Part shown: piece by piece, positions 28,701-36,432 of the stretch
Position numbering within the stretch: position 1 is the stretch's first letter
How the letters are laid out: each line of letters starts with the position of its first letter
DNA from: Saprospiraceae bacterium
Lineage (GTDB): Bacteria; Bacteroidota; Bacteroidia; Chitinophagales; Saprospiraceae
Length of the DNA: 45,557 nt
Reading direction: 5' to 3'
Assembly: GCA_040003045.1 (NCBI GenBank)
Contig: JBDUDG010000001.1
Location: forward strand, 1-45,557
Position numbers and translations under genes: made by a program
Notes under the pieces: model-generated
The model's database searches: none
The model's input: only the letters and a program-made list of their open reading frames with translations
What the model was told of the DNA's origin: nothing

Positions 28701-30167
28701 TCAGAATTTAATCAGCTTCAAACTATTAATCTTGTTTTGGTGTGATATTTTTAAAAAATAGACTCCGCTGCTCCATCCAGTATTGTCAATTTGAAATACC
28801 GACTCATTAAAATTATCGTGTAACACTTTATGATAAACTATTTGCCCGCCAATATCGAATATCTCGATTTTTGATCCCTGAATTATATCATTTCCAATCA
28901 GTGTCCATGCATACATCGAAGGATTAGGGAAAACATGTAGAGATTCATTCCTCACTTCTCCTGTACTTGTGGATACTTCATAAGTGCCCCATCTAAATTC
29001 TACTGTGCCCGAGTTGTAATCTTCCCAAACGACAATAATATTACCATTTCGGATAGCTACATCTGTATTGAAGACACCATTCGTAGCCACTGTATCGAAT
29101 TCAGGCTGATGTCCGGATGTAACATTGGTAGTGAGGCTGATTAAGGCCTGATCATTTCCATTGATATTTTGCTTCCAGGCGATCGCAACCGAATTACCAG
29201 ATGATGAGATACGTGGAAAATTTTGCTGTGTTGATCCGGGCAATGCGCCTGTCACAAATGATCCTGGTAGTGATGCAAAGTCTGACAAGGAGGCTTGATT
29301 CTTATACACTCTGGCTGTACCGCTTACAGCATTCATGAATGTTGAATAAAGCGTATCACCTATGATTACGGCATCAGGGCCTGAGGAAGGACAAGCATTG
29401 ATCATCCAGTTTTGTTGATCAATATTGATACCTGAAGTGAATGACAATCCTCCATCGGTAGATAATGCAGCCCATGTATCCCTGATATTATTATTGTTGT
29501 CACGATATAGCACTACAACGTTATTTCCGGAAGCCACAATAGATCCGGGACAGCAATCGCATACGACCGAAGTGGGACTGCTCAACCTGCTGGCCAATAC
29601 GTCTTCTGTAAATGAATTTCCAAAATCATTTGATCTTGTCACAGCCCACTGTGCTTCTGAAAAGCCAGATTCAAATTTCATAAATGCAATCACTGGTTGG
29701 CCTGAAGCATCCGCGGTGACAGTAGGAAATCGTGAAAGACTATCGCCTGTAGAATCTACACTGACAGGATTAGAAAATGTCTCCCCTGCATCGAAAGAAT
29801 GCAGGCACCAGATATGGCCAGTATTTTCAGGTACTTCCTTGAACACCACATAAACTGTATCTCCGGAAGCCGCAATATCAGGACCCATCCAGCTGGCTCC
29901 TGCTGAAGTGATTGAAGGATTCAATATTTTTGAAGGTTCAAATTTACCATTGTGCCATCGCGAAAATCTGATGGCACCAGCATTAAACCAAATGATCATC
30001 GGGTTACCTGTTGCATCCATTGTGATCCTTGGGTGGTTATTGCCATGATTGGATTCATCTACTGATCCCTCCATTGTCCAATTGATCTGGCATTGAGAAG
30101 ATGAGTAAAGGAATGACAAAAAGAAAGTAAATAATAGAATTCGAATTACGGTGGGCGAGATTGTCAT
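28701..30167 (-). CDS. secreted Asp-box (BNR) beta-propeller protein, sialidase-superfamily-like, T9SS type A cargo
   Basis: 488 aa. Signal peptide, and three Asp-boxes (SFDAGETF, SNDFGNSF, STDGGLSF). Seven blade-like repeats follow the pattern (F/H)P.(I/V)..(D/S).SG..(V/I)(I/V).(W/F), e.g. HPRITMDATGNPMIIWFN, RFPTVTADASGQPVIAFMK, NFPRISSSGNSVAIAWKQ. A C-terminal sorting domain is present. Confidence 0.8.
   Translation of the reverse strand: MTISPTVIRILLFTFFLSFLYSSSQCQINWTMEGSVDESNHGNNHPRITMDATGNPMIIWFNAGAIRFSRWHNGKFEPSKILNPSITSAGASWMGPDIAASGDTVYVVFKEVPENTGHIWCLHSFDAGETFSNPVSVDSTGDSLSRFPTVTADASGQPVIAFMKFESGFSEAQWAVTRSNDFGNSFTEDVLASRLSSPTSVVCDCCPGSIVASGNNVVVLYRDNNNNIRDTWAALSTDGGLSFTSGINIDQQNWMINACPSSGPDAVIIGDTLYSTFMNAVSGTARVYKNQASLSDFASLPGSFVTGALPGSTQQNFPRISSSGNSVAIAWKQNINGNDQALISLTTNVTSGHQPEFDTVATNGVFNTDVAIRNGNIIVVWEDYNSGTVEFRWGTYEVSTSTGEVRNESLHVFPNPSMYAWTLIGNDIIQGSKIEIFDIGGQIVYHKVLHDNFNESVFQIDNTGWSSGVYFLKISHQNKINSLKLIKF
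28704..28940 (-). other. T9SS type A C-terminal sorting domain
   Basis: The last 79 aa are LHVFPNPSMYAWTLIGNDIIQGSKIEIFDIGGQIVYHKVL...WSSGVYFLKISHQNKINSLKLIKF. The FPNP start, the (I/V)(F/Y)D..G. core and the GVYF(L/V)K ending are typical of Por-secretion CTDs. Confidence 0.75.
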
Positions 30168-30213
30168 GATCCAAATTTACGACGTAAATGAGAAAATCTT
30201 TACCCATCTCACT

Positions 30214-30237
30214 GTTCGCGGTCAGAGACACGCGAAC
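30214..30237. promoter_or_regulatory. GC-rich inverted repeat in the divergent promoter region
   Basis: gttcgcg (30214-30220) / cgcgaac (30231-30237) form a 7-bp stem with a 10-nt spacer. It sits between the divergent starts at 30167 and 30329. Confidence 0.3.
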
Positions 30238-30250
30238 GTCCGTGATTTTT

Positions 30251-30285
30251 TACCTGTTACCAAATACCGTTTACCGTTTACTGAT
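30251..30285. repeat. five consecutive heptads starting TAC(C/T)
   Basis: TACCTGT TACCAAA TACCGTT TACCGTT TACTGAT read directly from 30251-30285, 44-78 nt upstream of the ATG at 30329. Confidence 0.6.
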
Positions 30286-30328
30286 ATTCGATTGCTACAT
30301 TTAGGCTTGATTCGGTGAAAGTATTCTT

Positions 30329-32080
30329 ATGACAGAAAAAAAACAAAAAAAGAAGATACCAAGCCCGGTAAAGGCGAGCGGAATAAGGTCTAAAGTCCGC
30401 TTTGATTATTCAGTTACTACAAAAAAGTATGTTGGTCCTCTTGGCTTCGGAGTAATCGTCACAGGGCTGCTGCTTGTCTTCAGTATTTTTAAAAATATAT
30501 CTCATCCCCTTTTCTGGGCAGATGAAAGTATGACTGCAATGGGCTCAGAAAGAGTGATCCATTATGGATATCCAAAAGTACATGATGGGAAAAATGTGTT
30601 TTATGATTTACGGCACAGCAACCCCACGCTTGGAATTAATGAGAAAAATGACGCTTATGTAGGTGGTGCCGGATGGCTTCAGTACTATTTTGGAATTATC
30701 GGATATAAGCTTGCTGCCACTTCTGATGATTTGTTTACAAAAACAGGGATTTACAGATCCACATTTGCAACTGCAGGTTTGTTGGGTCTATTCCTCTTCG
30801 GATTTTTAATTTCACGTTTGTTTGCAGATCAGTTTTCACGGTATGCATTTTTATTTTTATACTTTCTGCTCGAGTTATTTTCAGTTTCTTTAGCCTTATT
30901 GCTGAGGGAGGTGAGGTACTACTCTTTGGTCATGTTGCTGACCTCTATTATTCTGGGAATGTATTCTTTGTACCGGTTTCGCGGTTCATTTAATAAGATT
31001 GGTTTTACTGTCTCGGTATCGATTGCATTATGGCTACTCTTCAACACGTTTGCGCCTGTTTATTTCATCCTCGCTGCTTCAATTGGCGCATCCGAATTAA
31101 TCATGGTGATCGGTCAGGGCATTAAATCAAATCTGAAGAAATCCATCCTGGAAGCTTTGCCTGTAATTATAGCACTCCTTATTTCTTTTATGGCCATTAT
31201 ACCTCTAATGTCTTATTTCAGGACATTTGAAATATCAAAGGCAATGAGTGATTTTAATAATTATAATAATGAGATATATAAAACCAACCTGGCAACTGTG
31301 TTTAACTATTTTAAAAATTTTGAATTGTTGTGGTTAATGTTGCTTTTAAAAATCCTGATGGCTACCCAGTTCAGGTCAATCCTGAAAGAAAAATCTCCTG
31401 CGTTTAAAACTTCTTGTTTTCTGACACTGGTTTTCATCCTATTTGTGTTCGCCATTTCTAAAATTCCCAATTTCATTTATACTCGGTACATTATTTATAT
31501 GCAGCCTGTACTGGTGGCGATTATTCTTATTGATTTCTTTACGGTCATAAGGCAATTCACGAAGGGAAGTGAAAAAATGTGGCCGATTAAATTATGGATC
31601 CCGGTAGCGGCGTTTATATGCGGATTTTTTCTGATGGTGTTAGAAAATTTCAACTATATATCGGGCCACGTTTATGAATTGACTCATATCTATAAAGGGC
31701 CATTAGATTATACAATCCCTTATCTTAAAGAAAAATATCCACAATCAGATTCACTGGTTATAGCTGCTAATTACGAAGAGACGTCCTACATGTATTATCT
31801 CAATAGTAAGGTGATCATGGGTTTTGCGGGCAATAATTTACAGCAAGATTCGATTAAACAGCCGGATGTAATAGCATACCGGAAAACATGGGGTAATAAT
31901 GCAAGCATTTACAACAAATTTTTATCGATGGCACCTTTTGAGCCTGAAAAATTTCCTATAAAAGACAATCCTGTCAACAATATACCTGAGCTCAATTTCA
32001 GGCCTGCCTTTAATCACCAATTCAGGACATTGCTGCCAGCAGATGAGAAGGATGCGACGTATCTGTACATCAAAAAATAA
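30329..32080 (+). CDS. large polytopic membrane protein, putative GT-C-fold glycosyltransferase (family not recognised)
   Basis: 583 aa with ATG start and a Lys-rich cytoplasmic tail MTEKKQKKKIPSPVKASG. After TM1 comes LFWADESMTAMG (D65-E66), then ~11 further hydrophobic segments and a ~130-aa soluble C-terminal domain. There is no KPPL motif. The coding call is strong; the functional call is inferred from architecture. Confidence 0.5.
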   Translation: MTEKKQKKKIPSPVKASGIRSKVRFDYSVTTKKYVGPLGFGVIVTGLLLVFSIFKNISHPLFWADESMTAMGSERVIHYGYPKVHDGKNVFYDLRHSNPTLGINEKNDAYVGGAGWLQYYFGIIGYKLAATSDDLFTKTGIYRSTFATAGLLGLFLFGFLISRLFADQFSRYAFLFLYFLLELFSVSLALLLREVRYYSLVMLLTSIILGMYSLYRFRGSFNKIGFTVSVSIALWLLFNTFAPVYFILAASIGASELIMVIGQGIKSNLKKSILEALPVIIALLISFMAIIPLMSYFRTFEISKAMSDFNNYNNEIYKTNLATVFNYFKNFELLWLMLLLKILMATQFRSILKEKSPAFKTSCFLTLVFILFVFAISKIPNFIYTRYIIYMQPVLVAIILIDFFTVIRQFTKGSEKMWPIKLWIPVAAFICGFFLMVLENFNYISGHVYELTHIYKGPLDYTIPYLKEKYPQSDSLVIAANYEETSYMYYLNSKVIMGFAGNNLQQDSIKQPDVIAYRKTWGNNASIYNKFLSMAPFEPEKFPIKDNPVNNIPELNFRPAFNHQFRTLLPADEKDATYLYIKK

Positions 32081-32179
32081 ACATCTTGTATCTTGAGCCT
32101 TGTGGAAGGTCCTTTGGATTTTCAGATCTTAATACCTTCAGGCATGATGTCCGTCCTTTCTACATCTTAACACTATCGA

Positions 32180-34222
32180 ATGAACCAAAAAAAACAAAAA
32201 CCAACAGGTAAGCCAAAAAAGAAAGTTGCAGCGGAAAGAGTTGTTGCTGCTTCTCCTGCAAAAGAACGCAAAGCTGAATTTGAATTGATCCACTTCGACA
32301 CCAAAGTGTGGATTTTTATTGGCGCCTGCACATTTCTATTTTTTCTATTCGTTAGTTTGAAATGGCATAATTCATCGATTCCTCATTGGAGTCAGGTTGT
32401 ACCGGATGGCGGAGATCCGAACCGGGGGTTGGTAGCAGGTGAACCATTGTTCATCAGATCGGATGAATGGCTGGTGTATACCAGTTTTATATTGTCACAG
32501 GGGAGATTAGGATTTCCGGTTTCGAATGAGGCCTGGGGTGCGGGCAAATCACCATTGACATTTGGACTACCCACGAAAAATTTAGTGAGTGTCATTAAGC
32601 CATCCTTTTGGGGATACTATTTTCTTGATCTGGAAAGAGGTTTTTCATGGCATTGGAATTTCAGGATCTGGCCTTTTCTGATAGCTTCATTCCTGCTACT
32701 TATGCTCTTTACAGGGAATAATTTTTTGATAAGTGTTTTTGGCAGCTTATGGCTATTTCTGTCTTCCGCTATACAATGGTGGTCTATGAATACAGAGATA
32801 TTTACCTTTGGAAGTATAGCCGTTATTTCCTTCATTTATATCTTATATTCAGAAAAGCCCAGAACAATCCTGATCAATGGGATACTATTTTTGATATTCT
32901 CCTTCTCATTTGTCACCGTACTTTACCCTGCTTACCAGGTCCCTATGGCGTATTTTTTATTGGCCCTGATAGTTGGCTACCTTATTAAAAATAAAAACAC
33001 GACTAAATTAAAGTATAAAATAAATTTACCCTGGAAATTAATGGCACTGGGTGGAAGCTTGTTACTGTTGATAGTATTAATCTTAATGTTTTACCAGGAG
33101 ACAAAAGATACAATACATCTGATGTCCGATACTGTGTATCCAGGAAAACGTGATGAAAGGGGCGGAGACTTCGTGTTCTTAAAATTATTTGCGGATAATT
33201 TTGGCATGTTCATGGATATCAATAAATACCCTGCAAACTGGGGCAATATCTGTGAAGCATCAGCCTTCCTTATGCTGGCTCCATTTACGTCAATTATTAT
33301 TTTAATTGATTTTATTAAGACCAAAAAGGCAGATCCTTTGCTTATCTCCTTGTTGATATTTCAATTCGCGATGCTCGTCTGGATGTTAATTGGATTACCT
33401 GGAATTCTGGCCAAAATCACTCTATTAAATACGAGTCCTACCTATCGCACATTTTTCATTTTTGGCTTCGCTAATGTGATCACCACAATCGTATTTATGG
33501 CTCATCATAAAAATTCTATTTTAAAGAATACTCTTGTGACTAAAATTATTTCATTTGTAATTATTGCCGGACTTGTTTTTTCAATTAATTACTTTCTGAA
33601 TAAGCAGGCGAATACATTTTTTACCATGCCACAGGTATATAAATCAACAATCATATTGACTGGTCTTATTTGGTTAATGCTGTTTTTCAATTTTAATAAA
33701 ATATTCAAAATATCTTTTTTTGCACTTGGCTTACTTATCATTCTTCCCAATATCAAAATCAATCCGTTGAGTGTAGGTTTGTCTCCATATTATGACAACG
33801 TCGTATATAAAACCGTAACGGAGGTTGAGAAATCAGATCCCGGACAGGGTTGGATTCTTTTTGGCAAATTCACCTATGGTAATTTTCTTAAAGCGGCAGG
33901 CGTGAAATGCTTTAACGGTAATCAATGTGTGCCGCCTTTTGATAAACTTAAAATATTAGATCCTGAAATGAAAAGCGATAGTATTTATAACCGGTATGCT
34001 CATATTGATGTGCTTCCATTTATTGATGCTGATTCTGTTAAGTTTTCTTTAGTACAGAATGATCGCTATACCATAAAGATGGATCCATGTTCGCCCCGCA
34101 TTGTTCAGATGGGTATTAAGTACATCGCGTTCACATATCAGCCACAGCCTATTGAAGTGGAATGCATGACTGAGGTCAAAGAAGCGCCTGGACTATTTAT
34201 CTATAAACGAAATGATTTATGA
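32180..34222 (+). CDS. large polytopic membrane protein, putative GT-C-fold glycosyltransferase (family not recognised)
   Basis: 680 aa with ATG start and a Lys-rich tail MNQKKQKPTGKPKKKVAAER. After TM1 the external loop reads GEPLFIRSDEWLVYTSF (D95-E96). Many TM segments follow, then a ~140-aa soluble C-terminal domain. Its stop overlaps the next gene's start (ATGA). Confidence 0.5.
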   Translation: MNQKKQKPTGKPKKKVAAERVVAASPAKERKAEFELIHFDTKVWIFIGACTFLFFLFVSLKWHNSSIPHWSQVVPDGGDPNRGLVAGEPLFIRSDEWLVYTSFILSQGRLGFPVSNEAWGAGKSPLTFGLPTKNLVSVIKPSFWGYYFLDLERGFSWHWNFRIWPFLIASFLLLMLFTGNNFLISVFGSLWLFLSSAIQWWSMNTEIFTFGSIAVISFIYILYSEKPRTILINGILFLIFSFSFVTVLYPAYQVPMAYFLLALIVGYLIKNKNTTKLKYKINLPWKLMALGGSLLLLIVLILMFYQETKDTIHLMSDTVYPGKRDERGGDFVFLKLFADNFGMFMDINKYPANWGNICEASAFLMLAPFTSIIILIDFIKTKKADPLLISLLIFQFAMLVWMLIGLPGILAKITLLNTSPTYRTFFIFGFANVITTIVFMAHHKNSILKNTLVTKIISFVIIAGLVFSINYFLNKQANTFFTMPQVYKSTIILTGLIWLMLFFNFNKIFKISFFALGLLIILPNIKINPLSVGLSPYYDNVVYKTVTEVEKSDPGQGWILFGKFTYGNFLKAAGVKCFNGNQCVPPFDKLKILDPEMKSDSIYNRYAHIDVLPFIDADSVKFSLVQNDRYTIKMDPCSPRIVQMGIKYIAFTYQPQPIEVECMTEVKEAPGLFIYKRNDL

Positions 34223-35160
34223 TCGTTTCCGTTGTGATACCATGCTATAATGTGTCGAGACACATCGAACAGGTCATCAGGGAATTGCCTGAATCAATTA
34301 CTTATATCATCACTGTTAATGATTGTTCTAAAGATGATACAGAAAATATTCTGGTTAGACTTGCACCTGTAAACCAAAAAATCATTTATATCCCACACCC
34401 TGCAAACCAAGGGGTAGGTGGTGCCCTGATCACTGGCTACATAAAGTCAATGGAACTGAACTCTGATATAACGATTAAAATCGATGGTGATGGTCAGATG
34501 GATGCTTCATACATTGATGCAATGATCGAACCGCTCATCACCGACAAAGCAGATTTTACAAAAGGGAACCGCTTCAGGGATTTCAATGCACTACGAAAAA
34601 TGCCCCTGTCCCGAAGGTTTGGTAATCTTGGTCTTAGTTTCTTGATCAAGGCCGCATCAGGCTATTGGAATATATTTGATCCTAACAATGGTTTTACAGC
34701 CATAAAAAATGAAACACTTAAAAGCATTGATTTAGATAAAATACACAAAAGATATTTTTTTGAATCATCCATGCTGATCGAACTGTACCATGCAAATGCT
34801 GTCGTTCAGGATATATCAATGAAAGCCAGGTACGGTGATGAAATATCAGGTTTGTCTGCGACAAGATCTTTTTTTGAATTTCCGCCTAAACTTTTTGCAG
34901 CATTTATCAAACGTATCCTTCTAAAATATTTTCTATTTGAATTTAATATTGCCTCTTTGTATATTTTATTTGGAGTACCTCTTTTTTTTGTAGGCTTCAT
35001 TTACGGGTTGGTCAATTATATAAAATATGCGAGTAACCATTTACCTGCTCCGACCGGAACTATAGTAATTCCTACATTACTGATTACGCTTGGTTTTCAA
35101 TTGCTCCTGTCTGCCGCCAATTATGATATCGGCAATTATCCTCAAAAAAATAAATCTTAG
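34219..35160 (+). CDS. GT2 polyprenyl-phosphate sugar synthase (GtrB/ArnC/DPM1-like)
   Basis: 313 aa. Motifs VSVVIPCYNVSRHIEQVI, NDCSKDDT, IKIDGDGQMD and KGNRF are present, plus two C-terminal TM helices (LYILFGVPLFFVGFIYGLVNYI; IVIPTLLITLGFQLLLSAANY). This architecture is characteristic of lipid-phosphate sugar-forming GT2 enzymes. Confidence 0.8.
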   Translation: MIVSVVIPCYNVSRHIEQVIRELPESITYIITVNDCSKDDTENILVRLAPVNQKIIYIPHPANQGVGGALITGYIKSMELNSDITIKIDGDGQMDASYIDAMIEPLITDKADFTKGNRFRDFNALRKMPLSRRFGNLGLSFLIKAASGYWNIFDPNNGFTAIKNETLKSIDLDKIHKRYFFESSMLIELYHANAVVQDISMKARYGDEISGLSATRSFFEFPPKLFAAFIKRILLKYFLFEFNIASLYILFGVPLFFVGFIYGLVNYIKYASNHLPAPTGTIVIPTLLITLGFQLLLSAANYDIGNYPQKNKS

Positions 35161-35201
35161 TTCAATTCCCATATTTTCAATCTTTCCATGTTGCACGTTC
35201 T

Positions 35202-36083
35202 ATGAAAATTTCAATCCTCATACCTGTCTACAATGCAGAAAAATATCTGGAGGAATGTATTGTTTCTGCTTTAGATCAAACGTATCGCGATATAGAAATC
35301 ATAGCTATCAATGATGGCTCAACAGATGGATCACTTTCGATTTTGGAAAAATATTCTACTCAAATCCGAATCATCAATAAGACGCAAGGCGGTGTGGCAT
35401 CAGCCAGAAATGCAGGAATTAAAATAGCAACAGGCAAATGGATTAAATTGCTTGACAATGATGATGTGCTTTATCCCGAAGCACTGGCCGAAATGATACT
35501 TGAAGCCGGAAAAATAGATGTAGAAGATAAAATTCTTTATTCCAATGTAGACTATATAGACGCTACAGGAAAGGTGATCGGACATCTGAATGAACCTAAC
35601 TATAATGGACTAAACGATTTCGAACGGAATACAATTTTACTTGATCATAATATTGGCATACCTTCTACATGGCTAATACATAAATCGGTCATTGAGCATT
35701 GTGACCTGTTTGATGAAATCACTGAACATGATGATTATGAATACCATTTAAGAGTATGCCTGCTTTATAACTGCAAGTTCCATCTCGTGGAAAAGAAAAC
35801 GGTCAAGTACAGATTTCATGCGCAACAATTTACATGGCAGGTCATGCGTAAATTTCAAAACCAGGATGTATTGGTCACCAATATTCTGGCGAAGCTAGAT
35901 GAAGATGAAAGAAAAAGGTACCAGAAAGCATTAATCCACCTTAGAGCAAATCGATCTTTATTTGAAAAAACGGCCCATTGGATTAAGCCTGTTTTGAAAT
36001 ATATGCCCATTAAACTTGAAATCCGTTTGAGAACTATTTATCTGCAAATAGCAGAAAACAAAAAATCCAAATCAAAAAATTAA
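35202..36083 (+). CDS. glycosyltransferase family 2 (soluble, GT-A)
   Basis: 293 aa with ISILIPVYNAEKYLEECIVSALDQTYRDIEIIAINDGSTDGS and a DxD-type LLDNDDV motif. Confidence 0.85.
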   Translation: MKISILIPVYNAEKYLEECIVSALDQTYRDIEIIAINDGSTDGSLSILEKYSTQIRIINKTQGGVASARNAGIKIATGKWIKLLDNDDVLYPEALAEMILEAGKIDVEDKILYSNVDYIDATGKVIGHLNEPNYNGLNDFERNTILLDHNIGIPSTWLIHKSVIEHCDLFDEITEHDDYEYHLRVCLLYNCKFHLVEKKTVKYRFHAQQFTWQVMRKFQNQDVLVTNILAKLDEDERKRYQKALIHLRANRSLFEKTAHWIKPVLKYMPIKLEIRLRTIYLQIAENKKSKSKN

Positions 36084-36109
36084 ATACTGCTTTTGTAGCC
36101 TTCGCATCC

Positions 36110-36412
36110 TCAGATCTTTATTCTGTGATAGTAAATTGCCTGCCCTGTAGGCAATTTTTGTAATACACCAGGTTTATCTCTAAAAAACAGATCTACTAAT
36201 TTTTTGGTTTCCGCATAATCAAAAAAACCATAATCATCCAGAAGAATAATTCCATCATTTACCAATCGTGGCAAGAAGAATTCAAGTGCGGCAAGAGTAG
36301 GCTGCGAAGAATTCAAATCAATATGTAAAAACATAATCTTATCCGGCGGTGAATCTATGAACGTATCAGGAACAAATCCTATATGATATTTAATGATGTC
36401 CTTAAACTCCAC
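36110..36412 (-). pseudogene. C-terminal remnant of a TylF/MycF-type (macrocin-O-methyltransferase-like) SAM methyltransferase
   Basis: The ~100 codons match only the C-terminal half of the family (GFVPDTF...IMFLHIDLNSSQPTLAALEFFLPRLVNDGIILLDDYGF). The track start is GTG, and the first ATG is 27 codons in. The frame is closed by a stop at 36476-36478, inside the 3' end of the upstream gene, so there is no room for the SAM-binding N-terminal half. Confidence 0.5.
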
Positions 36413-36432
36413 CAGATTTTTAATTATATTAT

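Noticed and set aside
28570-28761. 63-aa plus-strand ORF bridging the SusC-2 upstream region and the 3' end of the propeller gene
   Set aside because: It overlaps the T9SS sorting-domain codons of the propeller gene on the other strand and has no motif or start context.
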